Origin: Camelus dromedarius
Lineage: Eukaryota
NCBI RefSeq assembly: GCF_036321535.1
Contig: NC_087437.1
Location: forward strand, 36,954,001-37,018,000
Direction: 5' to 3'
DNA: 64,000 nt
In this document: in pieces, positions 13,681-26,000 of the stretch
Numbering within the stretch: position 1 is the first letter of the stretch
Layout of the letters: every line of letters starts with the position of its first letter
Translations under genes and position numbers: made by a program
Notes under the pieces: generated by a model
What the model saw: the letters and a program-made list of their open reading frames with translations, nothing else
The model's database searches: none
What the model was told of the DNA's origin: nothing

Positions 13681-16539
13681 AAAAAAAATCTTTAAAAATT
13701 GTACACTGTATGTATACTTCTACAGTTGCCCATACTAAATTATAAGCTCCACTAAGGCAAAGAAATAACTTGTCTTATTCTATTTTGTACTCTTAATATT
13801 GCTGAGTTTTAAAGCCTTGTAAAGGAAAAAAAAAAAAGGTATAATATCCTTTGCTGTTGTTTGGAGTAATATATATCCGCAATTAGAATATTTATTTTTC
13901 ATATATTTTGACAGACAAAAGGAATATGTTTGTAGGTCATTTGGACCCTTGAAGCATAGATGAAATCTCAGAGGTTGGAAATGTACCTATTGACTCTATG
14001 AAGAGAGCATATTTAATGTGATGAATATGGCCATATATTTCTTTTCCTTTTGATGAGGACCTCATAAAAATTTGCTTTGTCTATGCCTAGGAAGAAAACT
14101 GATACCAGAGTTGGCATGCACACACATGTACACATATAACTGTTTTTCTTCTCATGTACATCAAGTTCATTACCAAAAAAAAAATGATTTTCATGTGTTT
14201 TTATTTAATTTTATTTAAATAAAGCTTTAACCAAGTCTTATACAAAGTTTCAGAATTTCATATTAGCAAAAATAGTAATTGAATTATTTTACAAGATATA
14301 TCAGTAAAAGAACAACCTCTTCTATGGTGAAAACTCTTTGTAGTTTATAGTTTGTACACATCCAGTTGCAAAATAGGTAGAATTTCAATTGCCTTTCTTT
14401 GCCTTTGATCTTAATGTAGGTCTGAGAGGAATCTAATCTCATTGCTAGAGTTTACTTCAAATGGCTTTGTTGTAATAGGTTTAGAATGGCTTAGGGTCAT
14501 CATCTGTTTCCATGATTACTTATCTCTCTACCTAAGCTAACAATTACAGCTCCCTTAACAGTGTAATGGAACATATCACAATGTACAGGAAACTAGCACT
14601 ATCTCTGAAATTGAAGCCGAGGAAGGCAGTATACACAGATGTATTGTGAAAGTGTTCGGTCCAGCATTCTTGGTAGCAGTCACTCTGTTAAAATACTTCA
14701 GTGTACGTAATTATTTTCTGTCATTCTAGAAATTTGTAATGAGCTTGAAAAGTAGATAAATCTAGTTCCTTGGCCATACATGTACACATTTGAAAGAAGC
14801 AATGATCTAGAACACCACATTCTGTCTTAGTTCTTTAAAGCAGGTATAAAAATATGGCCTAAGCTATGTGCCTAGGGTTTTAAAGTATTCAGGTAGACTA
14901 AGCAAAAGTCCTATTTTATGTTTAAAGCTAATTTATCACACTACTTCTTTCTTTTATTCCCTTTTATAATCTTGTTCATGGAAATGTATGTATCTTACAA
15001 GCAGATGTTTCAGTGTATTTAAATTAATAATGTAGGTATAAAAACATCAGTTGAACGGAAGACTAGGCTTTGGAGCTGATGGCTCTGGAAAATGAAGGCC
15101 ATGTCAATGCAAATATCGGTGACTTAGCACGTATTTAAAACATTTCTCATGGATAAAGCAGATTATTTTTAACAAGATTAAATAGATTGACACATGGGGT
15201 TTCAATAGGCTGAATCCCCTGAAAGACCGTCTGTTGGGCTGGCTTTTTGTAGGAGCACTTCACTTGTACACAGAGGCATACACACATGCTTCATAGCATT
15301 TAACTAAAATCAAATTATTTAGTTTATAAAACAGACAGAGGCATCTTTGGAATCCAATAAATATTAACCTACCACTTCCTACCTAGTAACTACTTGAAAA
15401 AGGAATTATGATAGTCAGGATTTGAAGATGTAAACATTAACCCGCAATAAGAAAAATCAGCCCGTTTCTAAAAGCCTTCATCGTTTATGCTGCAAAATGT
15501 TCAAATTATGATATGTACCACTATAGAAATATATTGTAAGGAGCTTTTAAAATGTTTAAGAGATGGTATAAATATCCATTTATTATCCCTAAATCTATAT
15601 CTTCTAAGTCAGAATTACATCCCTGCACTGATAGGTCATTATTAAATAAATAGGACATCCACAATTATATAATGAAAATAGATTTTACGTCTTATCACAA
15701 AACCTACTGTCAATAGATGGCAATGATATTCCTTGCAGTTGATTTCTTCCTTCTCTTTAGTTATCCCTTGCTGATAAAAATTTCATAACACAGTAAGGTT
15801 ATTTATATCTGAAAAGTTCTGTATTTCTACCATTATAATTTTTCATGTCAATATAGGCCAGCTATGGGGGAGGTATAGCATGACATTGCTTTATTAATGC
15901 TGACACTTTCCTGTGGATTGAAGGCGTTTTCACTCTGTGTATACAGAGAGGTATATTATTAGCATTCAGATGTGGTTTCTCCATCAACTAATCCACTTCA
16001 AAATATTTGCATGAAATCAAATTTGCTTACCAGTCAGCTACATATAAAATATAATTTACAGACTTGGGTTCACATTAGTGAAGTTTAGTTATTTAGAGCA
16101 TAGAAAAATTATCAGTCAGTCTCATTACCAAGGGAAGGCAGGCAGTGAATTCCACAGGCACTGTCACTTTGCCTGTCCTGAGTTGATTTATACAGTGTGT
16201 ATTTCAAATGTTTAAAAATATGTTGATCTTGGAGTCTTACTGATAAAGCTGGTAACATTAGGATTGGAAATTTGTCATTTATAAAATTTCATGCAGTGAC
16301 AGTCTTTTTTCCTTATGAAATTTATAAAGTATAAGTTTAGTCCCATTACATTTAAATAACCTTGAAGCTGGCACATAATTATCTAAAATAAAATGGATGC
16401 CATTTCTGTAAAGGTTTATATATTAAAACATGTTTAAACTAGAACAGCAACTTAGGCATATATTATAATCATATTTTAATGTAAATAATTGCACTGGTTG
16501 ACCATTGTGTTAATGTGGAAATGCCTGAGAAATAGCCAA

Positions 16540-16745
16540 CAATACCTTATTATGTACCACCGTAACTCTGAGCTGTTTACAAGCACTAATTCATATGTTC
16601 CTTAAAACAAATGTATGAGGTAGGTAGTGCAATTATTCCTATTTTATAGATGGAGACACTGAGCCACAGAGATTATATAATTTGCCCAAGGTCACAGAGC
16701 AAGTCAGGAGTGGAGGTAGGGTTAAAGTGCAGGCATAGTCTAATT
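16540..16745 (-). mobile_element. MIR SINE
   Basis: ATGAGGTAGGTAG...CCTATTTTATAGATGGAGACACTGAGCCACAGAG...TTTGCCCAAGGTCACAGAGC. Confidence 0.88.
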
Positions 16746-19249
16746 TTGACTATTTGTAACACCATGTGACATTAGTTTCAATGGGAACAGAACCTGAGTT
16801 GCTCTGCAAATGGAGGGGAGATAAGAGTCTGGAGATGGGAAATGAGCAATCCTTTTAATGCTGTCATGTTGACTACATTTCTATCTAAATGGGAGAAATC
16901 CATTCTCAAATAGGTTTACAGCTGTCTCATGTAAAAATAAAACTGTAATATCTAGCAAGCACACAGAGAAGCTATGGGTAGAGTTTATATGTGAAACAGA
17001 CAATGTTACTGACAGCACATTGGAATGAAGCAACATTTTCTTTCTCTAGTTGATAAAATTGCAAATAAAGTAATCTCTGAAAAAGAAAGTAATCAGACTG
17101 GGTTTTGGGAACTAAACAACTGCCCAGCCCAGCCTAGGAGTGGACCAGGAGAATGCGATCTGAAGGTCTAGGGCTACTCAAATCAGAAAGAAATCACTAG
17201 GGTCCAAAAATACTGCCGACTGTCCCTACCTTGGGGGAAGATTTTCACTAGTTTTTCTTTAAAAGAGGAAAAATAAAAATGTTCATTAGAATTCCATGTA
17301 TGATATTTCTGATTTGATTTTTTTTTTTTGGCATAAGTCTAGTAATTCTCATTTCTCAATGTGACCTTGATCATTCTCAAATAATCCTTTTTATGTTTTC
17401 TAAAGGATTAGAAACATTAACTGGTCAAGACTTAAATGGATGTTACTAAGCACTTAGATATCACACATAGGGAATGCTGTACCTTTATTACAGAATCTGA
17501 ATTTGTTTTCCAGATTTGTTTCATCTTTTTGCAATTAGTCAGCATCCCCTTCCACATTTTAGTGCTATTTGTACTAAAATGCATTCTGAAGACTCTGGAA
17601 CTTTTTTGTTATTTAATAAACATTTAAAATTATATTTTCTCACAAATATCATTTTCACTTTCTCTTTTACCTGTAGATACCTGCCCTTCTTCTCTCATAC
17701 TTTCCATTTTATTTTATACGTCAGCTTGGTTCTCACTTCATGTTCATTTCAGCCTGCCATCACTGCTCAGTTATGACTTAGATCATTGTGTCCAGTTTCC
17801 TGTCCCAAATCTTGAAAAATGGGTGAGAGATGATTCCAGATTCTAAGTCCCATTTAGCCTTCTCATCAAGACCTAACAGTTAGAAAATTAAAATAAGCAA
17901 ACTAGTTTTCTTCTTTTGATTTCATATTTACCAAAGAACATTCTGTGTGTTTTCTTCAGTTGTTGAGAATAGTAAATATATTAATTTTGTCCACCTGTTG
18001 CCACTTATCGTACTAACTGCAATAAATTAAGAATTATGTGTTAAACATCAACATTTATTCTCTATGCAAGCACATCTGAAATTTAAGAATAAATTTATAA
18101 AATAATCCTGTCCTCACTAGGGGAGAGACATCATTAATTTTAAATGGCAAAGTATATACTTTTGAATATGCAATTCATAGGAACAGGGAGCTTGAAATTG
18201 CTGATCCTGTCCATTTGGTGGGTGAAACAGTGACTTATAGGTGCATGAAACTTACACATGCATGAATTTCAAATCACTTTATAGCTTAGTGGAATCTTCC
18301 ATTGTCTTGAAATTATTGATGTTTGCCAGTGGCAATTCAAAAAAGCGGGTAACAGGAAAGAGGGGGCTGATTGTTGCCTGGTTTCATGTGCAACCACAGG
18401 GACAAATAACAAAATAACTACAATATATTATCATTTGTACGTAGCTCACAAATATTAACACATTGATGTAATTTTGCATAGGCAGAAAGAAAAACCTCTG
18501 AAGATAATTGGGACAAATGTCCTTGGAATTATTTTACAAGGGGAACAAATGATGTCTAGTCTTGATATAAAATTCTTAAGTGTTTTAAAATTACATTATA
18601 TCTAATACACATGCATATTTTAATGACTCTCCATTAGTTTTTCTTCAGTATAGAAAACTGTTGATCTTTGACTTGTGTTTCTGATCATCAAAGAGGAAAA
18701 GTTTAAGTTTTAAAATTCTTCATAGGTGATTATTATTTTCTAATTTGAATTGAAATTATTTCTAATTAAGTTGTTACTTAAAAATCAAGGCTTAAGATTC
18801 AAAAGACTTACTGTCATTTTCTGACAGTAATACAATAAATGGACTCTCCTAATTATTCACTCCATGTCAGAGCCTAAAAGAAATCTGCTTTAAAAGGACA
18901 TGTTGAAACTAGAACAGATCAATATCAAAACATTTTTGTAAAATCCAATCTGACAAGTTTGACCAAGTAGATTATAAAAATAATTGGTATTAATATAATC
19001 AAACTCTTCATTGTTCATGTTCAAAATTTTTATATGGTAGATTATTGTCTCAATAGTGACAGCTCATTTTCAAGCTACTAATAGAACCAACTGTCAGAAA
19101 GGTCAGTAGGAAAAAGTAGGAGTCAGAATTTGGGAATGAAATAATTTATGTATATATTTTCATGTGTCTATATACATATATACACATATCACATCATACA
19201 TAATTGATTTTAAATTTAAAAAAGGACTTCAATACTATAAATTATTATA

Positions 19250-19880
19250 ATGCCTTTTTCGTTTAGTATAGAATAATCCAGGTTGATAAATATGTATATA
19301 TGTGCATATATATTTCATAGGTTGTGGATATATATTTGTGAATTTAACATACCATTTAAAAATAACCATTCAATGTTGACATGAATACCAAAATTAAGAT
19401 GAATATCATTTGTCATATTCTTTTAAAAAGAATGAAGTCCTTCAAGTGGAATTGATGGTACAAGTCAAAACTTTTCAAATAATTTTATTAGTATCAAATT
19501 GTCATTCAAAATTGTTAAGCTGATTCATTTCAACATTATTTATCAGTGTATGTTTCCCACTACAGGCCCAACACTGGGCATTGAATCAATTATTTTAATC
19601 TTTGCTAGACTAGTAAGGAAAAAGAGACACAGTTTTTTCTTTTCAACTTCTAATTTTTGGCTTTCAACTTTTTTCTTATTTTTTGGCCATCACCAGATTT
19701 TTCATATGGATTGACTGTGAGATTTGCCATGCTACTCCACTGGATTTCCATTTTTTTTCCCCTTATATAAGGATATCAGCAATGTCTTATCATTTATGCT
19801 GCAAATATTTTTGTTTTTCTTAAATTTTGAATTGATGTTTCATGTAACAAAATTTAACTCATAAATTCAATTATGTTGAG
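19250..19880 (-). mobile_element. Old L1M (L1ME-like) 3' region
   Basis: Degenerate antisense L1 3' text (CAGTGTATGTTTCCC...CCAACACTGGGCATT...TTTTAATCTTTGC...GCTGCAAATATTTT). Confidence 0.55.
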
Positions 19881-19991
19881 ACTTTTAACTGGTTAATGTC
19901 AAAGAAAACATAAGAAAAGGAAAAGAAAAATTAAAACAGGCTAAAATACAAGGAAACAAAGAGATAGATAACAAAGGTGTTATTTCAAATC

Positions 19992-20100
19992 TTTTATTTT
20001 TTTATTTTTCAAAAAAATTTTAATGAAGGTACTGGGAATTGAACCCATGACCTCATGCATGCTAAGCTTGCACTCTACCACTGAGCTGTACCTTCCCCAC
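19992..20100 (-). mobile_element. tRNA-derived SINE (camelid-type)
   Basis: GGTACTGGGAATTGAACCCATGACCTCATGCATGCTAAGCTTGCACTCTACCACTGAGCTGTACCTTCCCC carries antisense A and B boxes and a T-rich tail; candidate TSD TCAAATC at 19985-19991 and 20101-20107. Confidence 0.9.
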
Positions 20101-20541
20101 TCAAATCAATTTTTTAAAGGAATTTTTATTAAACAAAGATTTGTTAACCCAAACAGTAAAAATTGACTCTTATACCAAATCTCAGATAATTCAAAGATTT
20201 AAATAATAAACTATGGCGAACCTAATAAAAGCATAAGTAAAAATTAATAAAATACAGGGAGAGGCTTTTCTTAGTATGTCTTCTAGTACAAAACTGATCT
20301 AATGAAGGAATAAAATATTTAATTATGTAAATTCAAAACAGCTAAAAGTTAAAATAGTAAAATAAAAATAAAAGGTAACTGTCAGTATTTTTCAACTTGA
20401 TACAGTATTTTGTTTGATTTTTTTGTTTTATATTTTACCACTGCTCAGACTTTTACTTTTTTAGGAACTTCTCACCATCAAAATTGTTTACATGAGAGAT
20501 TTATATCTTCCCAGATAAAGTTGTCAGAAATATTTTTAAAG

Positions 20542-20742
20542 ATATATATATTCCTTTTCTTATTCTTCTTCATTGTAGGCTATTATAAGATATTGCATAT
20601 ATTTCCCTGTGCTATGCAGTAGGCTGAATTATACATATATATGTATAACTGAATCACACTGCTGTACACCAGAAACTAGCACAACATTGCAAACTGACTA
20701 TACCTCAATTTAGAAGTTTTTTAAATGAACCATTTAAAAAAA
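20542..20742 (+). mobile_element. Short L1 3' end with inverted 5' segment (twin priming)
   Basis: 20542-20623 is antisense L1 3' UTR, ~20630-20712 is the immediately downstream sense L1 3' UTR. Confidence 0.85.
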
Positions 20743-22057
20743 GTATTTTTAAGAAGGAAATATTGTTATTCTTTTGCTCTTATTGCCTGTACTCATGCTT
20801 AGTTTACCACTATGTTTTATGAATAATAGTGTTTATTATTCCTTATTTCATCCCATTACTTCCTCGGATTTCAATGATCTTCTTGCTAAAGTAAGAATCT
20901 TAGTAGGATTGGTGGGTAGGAAACGTTTATACTATTTAATATCTCAAAATGATTTTTTCCTTTTTATGATATTTGACATCTTCATTACGGTAATAGTCAA
21001 ACATATTTATAAAGAATAATATAACAGACAAATACACAGTTATCCAACTCCAGCTATCATTCATACATTTCCATTCATGTCAACATATAGTTTACTTGGT
21101 ATAAAAATCTAAATTGACTATGATTTTCACATAGGACTTTGAGGATACCTTTTGTCAGATTAATTGGCATTTCTTTATGGCTAATATCCCATTTGCCTGT
21201 GGTATCTTTTAAGAAATGTATATTTATGCTTGATGTTGTGCAGTTTCACCACATCATGTATAAGTATGATTTCTAAAATATATTCAATTATGTACAAAGG
21301 TATTGGAAATATTCATGATGTTCTTTTTATTAGAAAAAGTGTGCAACATTATCTAAATATCACATCTCTTCTTTTTAAAATAAATTTTCTACTTCTGGAA
21401 ATGATTTTAGATTTCTATGTTTTCTTTCTTATCTCTAGCCATTCTTGAAATGTGCTATATTATATTCTATAGTGGGCCCTAACCTAGAAATGTTTTACCA
21501 GGCTGATGCTGTGAAATTTGACAGCCAGTGGCTTATAACTACACCAAAGAATGTCCCAGTTAATGCTTAATAACTTCTATATTTACATGATTTGTAAAGT
21601 TGAGGAGAATAGATTTACTTTCATTATTAAGACATGTTGTAAATTTGATTTCTTTATATACAAATTGTTCAAGTACTTATGTCCAAATGAATACAATGTT
21701 AAACTTTTATAATATAATTTTATATTGTATTGACATGGTATTATATTTAGGTGATTACTTAGAAATTTATTCAGATAGTTAAGATAAACAGTAGAATTAA
21801 TTTGGAGTAAAAGTATTCCAGGAAAGTTTATGACATTTATCTGTAGTCAAGTTTTGGTGGTATTTGTATTTTTAGTCCAAGGAAAGACTTTTGTTTCTAT
21901 AAAATCAGAATTATTTACATCTTGATTCTGTGCTATCAATTCAACATTATATATCCAATACTATGTCATTTCCTTTGGCTAAAAGTATATTATTTCTAAA
22001 TTTCAAATATAATATGAGATATAATCCTTCTTTTAAAATGTTAAAAGTTAACAAGTC

Positions 22058-22450
22058 TTCAAATATTTATTGAATGCCTAGTATGTGCCAGTGATATAGA
22101 AACAAGATAAGGAAGAACTCTACTTTTAAACTGCAAACTTCCTTGTTGAAGGGTATTTATAGGGCTACTGTTGTATATAGTATAGTGAGATAAGAACAAA
22201 TATGAATAATCCCAAGAAATATAATAGAGAATAAAATAAATCACTTTGCAGGATCAGAAAATATTTCTAGAAGTATTTACCATTAAGCCAAAATTTACAT
22301 TGTATTTAGAATTTAATGATATGAACTAAATGAGGAAGATTATTTTATATAAAATATATAGCACAAAGCCCAGGAAATGATTATTTAAAATCTCTGAATA
22401 ATTTGTTAATCCTAGATTAAAATATAAATCTAAATGAGTAGCAGATAGTG
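22058..22450 (-). mobile_element. L2 3' fragment
   Basis: TCAAATATTTATTGAATGCCTAGTATGTGCCAG (antisense L2 3' terminus). Confidence 0.7.
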
Positions 22451-22589
22451 AAGCTAGGAAAGCCAGAAGACCAGAAAAAACTTTCTTCAATTTCTGCACA
22501 CCTCTTTTTATAACTATATACTATAGATGTCTGTCTATTATCTATCCACTCTTCCATCTGTCTATTACTTGTCTATATTTTAGTGAGGC

Positions 22590-23260
22590 TATGCCACAAA
22601 GTGATCCTGGATGTCACCACTCCTTTCTGATACTACCCTTATCATTCTGACTGCTTTTTGTCGGTTAACTTAATGGTCTCATTTTCATCTGGATGCTTTG
22701 AACATTCATATATCAAGTGATATATATTATAGTCTTTTATCTTCTATTCTCATTTTATGTTATCTTCCTAGGTGATCTCTTCTATTCTCTTTGACTTCAG
22801 TTGCCATATTTTGTGCTGTCCAAATATATCTCTTAGCTGAAATTTTTATTCTGTCCATTAAACCCTACACTGAGCATCCAGGAATTACCACAGACACTTG
22901 AAACAAAGTGCACCTCCCAGGGAATTCATCACCCCCTTCCCCTGCCACAGTGCTTCCATCTGTTATCCTAGTAGTAGCTGGAATCATAGTCTACATTAAG
23001 CCTAGTTTCTCAAAGGTTTCTTGATACTTCGCATTTTGTAACGCACCTAATTAAATGATTACTTCTGTAGATTCCATATCCAAAATCTCTTTCAAGTCTT
23101 CCTATAAGTTGGATCTCCACTGTTGCTGTTGTAGTGTCTACTTTTATTCCTGTTTGGCCCCCCTTCTATTCATTCCTCAGGCTACAGCCAGAATAATCTT
23201 TCACAAAGCAAAGGTTACATCACTGTCTGCCTAAAGCCCTTTAATGACTACTCAATAACA
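22590..23260 (+). mobile_element. L2 ORF2-region fragment
   Basis: GGTGATCTCTTCTATTCTC...CCAAATATATCTC...CAGCCAGAATAATCTTTCACAAAGCAAA. Confidence 0.7.
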
Positions 23261-23284
23261 TCGTAATAATTTCTCCCAGATCAA

Positions 23285-23580
23285 TTTTCACTTTGTGTTG
23301 TCAAATCTAATACACAGAGAATAAAGGACACAAACCATACATATCTAATGTAATAAATAGAAAATGAGCAATCAGCTAATCACTCTCCAAGTAAAGATCA
23401 GAAAATTGCCACACCTCAGAAGCTCCTGGATTATATTTTAACTAAAGAAAACTTCTTCCCACTCTTGGAGATATCACTAACCTGAATTTTAAGATAATAC
23501 TTACTTATTTCTTTTATAATATTATCATCAAAATTGAATCTCTAAATAATAAAATCTGGTTTGCCTGATTTCAAACCTAG
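23285..23580 (-). mobile_element. Old L1M 3' end, interrupted at 23580
   Basis: ATACACAGAGAATAAAGGACACAAACCATA...CAGAAAATTGCCACACCTCAGAAGCTCC...CACTAACCTGAATTT...TTTGCCTGATTTCAAAC. Confidence 0.65.
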
Positions 23581-24247
23581 GTTCTCTATCAGGGTATGAA
23601 TTTTTCACATAGCATTTTCTCTCCTTGGACCTGAGTATCCTCTCTTTGAATCACCGAAGTTGCAGAACTAGTGTCTAGGATGATTATTAAACGAAGGAAT
23701 GTTTTTCTGGGAGCAGTTAGGTGTTCCTTGGACTGATGCTCATTATTGATGCTACCTGATATCTTTTCGTAATCAGTTAACTCTTCATCCAGGTAAAACT
23801 CGTCTTTTTTTTTTTTTTTTTTTTTTTTATAATGAGGTGTTTATTGGAGAGGCTAACCTGCTTTTCTTCTATTCTCTCCAGTGACATCAGCTTTTCCAGA
23901 AGTGCTTACAACTCTTAACATTAAATTGTCAGACATAGATTAGTTTTCTCTGAAATCTCTCACTGTTAAGAGTTCGGCTGGCTCTGAATACAGAAAGACC
24001 AACCAAGCAGTGAGCCTATTTACTGAATAAATGAAGGTGTCTCCTCACAGAGCAAAATCCTTAGTCTTTATATAGTGTTCTTCATTCAGCCACAGGAATG
24101 GTTTAAACTTTGACTCTTCACCCCAATCCTATTATTCGTTCTGCCTGGAAGGAAGCATCTTTCTACCAAGGGATAACAGCATAAATAGTGCAGCCTGGGT
24201 AGGCACCCCAACTATTAGCTTTCATATAGCACTTAGGGAACTCGTAC
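23581..24247 (-). other. Unassigned 667-bp insertion flanked by a 10-bp direct repeat (candidate retrocopy or endogenous viral element)
   Basis: TCAAACCTAG at 23571-23580 and 24248-24257; internal T24 at 23805-23828; stop-free minus frame 23840-23592; no resemblance to repeats I recognise. Confidence 0.6.
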
Positions 24248-24859
24248 TCAAACCTAGCTGCTTTACATAATACATTTGTTTTTAAAAACTCCTTCCCAAC
24301 ATATATATGCTCAACACTTCAAAAATACGCTGAGCCTGTCCATCTGCCAACAGATCTTATACAAGTGTGGGAAAGGGATATTAAATTTCAGTCATCTCTA
24401 TTACAGTAGATTAGCCCTTGATGTATCTTTCTGTCATCCAATATTTACTGATTATTCATTTTTTAAGTTATAACCAAATATGTGGCTAATTCTTTACTGG
24501 ATACTATGTCTTCATATGAAATAATCTCAAAATGTTTACTAATGATGCTTTCTTGCCAAAGTTCAAATTAAAAAAAATTTCACCTTTGTTGTATACGTAG
24601 CTTCATCATGTTTGAGCAACACCTTTTTTTTGCAATTCACTTCTATTGGGAGAAATTTGACATAAATGTTCTAACTTTTCATCTTTATTCTAATATTTTT
24701 TACATTTCTTCTTGGTTCTTCTCTACTTTGAAAGTTTGAACATGAAAGGAACTTGATATATATCATCTATAATTTTGTGAAATCATTTATTCTGCCTCAT
24801 TGATTTATAAAAATACTTTTAAATTAAGAAGATGTAACTGTTAAAGATTCTTAAATATA

Positions 24860-25340
24860 TACATTAGCAGTGATCTCTGTGTAACAGAAAAAGACTTAGA
24901 GAATGTAACGTATCTCAAAAATCTCACAGAAAAAAATCAGGAACAAAGGAATGTCAGGAGGTCAGAATCACAGCCAAAGCTGCACCTCAGACATCACTTG
25001 ATCAAGGGTATTGTAGCTGATGCCAATGGACGCTGTGTATCGCTGTTGTCTTTGATGTGAATTATAAATTGCCTGTGTTCCTCTGTTACTTGCTCAATAC
25101 AACAGCAGTTTATTTGTCACTTACATTACAGTTATTTGGAAAGTGTTTGGAGGACTCTGCTCCATGCAGACATCCAGAAACCCAGGATCCTTCTATCTAA
25201 TGGCTCTGCCTTGGCCTAGAATCTCAAAGTCCTCCCCTGGATCAACAGACAAAGGTAAAACAATAGAGAATCTCACAACAAGGTATTTTTGTATTTTTTT
25301 TTTTTTAATTCAGTATTGACAGTGGCTTAATTCACTGGGG
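24860..25340 (-). mobile_element. Degenerate old MaLR/ERVL LTR fragments (MLT1J/K-like)
   Basis: GACTCTGCTCCATGCAGACATCCAGAAACCCAGGATCCTTCTATCTAATGGCTCTGCC. Confidence 0.55.
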
Positions 25341-25599
25341 CCAAGATTCTAATCTGTACTTTATGTTAGTAAATAAGGTAAAGCAAAACTTAAGAGTGTT
25401 TTTATTTTTCTGAGTTACCAAAACCAGTGTTTAATAATTAAATTTCTCAGACTTGAAATGTCATTATCTTATACCAAGCTCATATGTGATTGAATCTAAT
25501 TTAGATTTTCTGTTTTCTTCATTGGTCTTTCTGTTTCAAGTATTAATATTGAAGTATTCAAGTGTCATAATAGTTTTATGATAGATTATAATAGGGGGC

Positions 25600-26000
25600 G
25601 TCTACATGGGTAAGGAATTCAGCTGATCCTCTCCTGAGCAAAACAAGAATTTAACTGGTAAAAATTATTTTTTAGTTATTTAAATTCTCTGGAAATTAGT
25701 TTGAGGGCATACAGCAAATGGAGAATTCTTCACTGAAGGAAATCTGACTGATGTTAGTAAGAATAGCAGGTCTGTGGCGTTTGAGCTACAACCTCTTATC
25801 TTAATCACACCCAGGCAGGTGTGGGCTTTCTATTCCCAGCTTTGAGTCTGGAGCCATGTTCATGTGGGGGGCGGGGTTGCCAGTGGTTCCTCTCCCTTCA
25901 GGCCTGGCCTTACATTGGGTGACAGGCATAGTCAAGAGGACCAGGTCTCCCAACTGCCACCCAATCCCCAGGTGCAGCAGGATGGGTATACTGTTGCCCC
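25600..26000 (+). mobile_element. Old L1M (L1MD/MC-like) 5'-end fragment
   Basis: TCTCTGGAAATTAGTTTGAGGGCATACAGCAAATGGAGAA...GTAAGAATAGCAGGTCTGTGGCGTTTGAGC. Confidence 0.6.

Noticed and set aside
14589..14702. Possible plus-strand exon (ETSTISEIEAEEGSIHRC...)
   Set aside because: No polypyrimidine tract at the acceptor and unrecognised peptide
23910..23974. SECIS interpretation of the hairpin (GUGA...AAA...UGA on the minus strand)
   Set aside because: Helix II above the putative GA quartet does not pair properly
23581..24247. Solo LTR, DNA transposon or NUMT interpretation of the orphan insert
   Set aside because: No TG...CA ends; a 10-bp flanking repeat is too long for a retroviral TSD; only an imperfect 8-bp subterminal inverted match; no recognisable mitochondrial gene text
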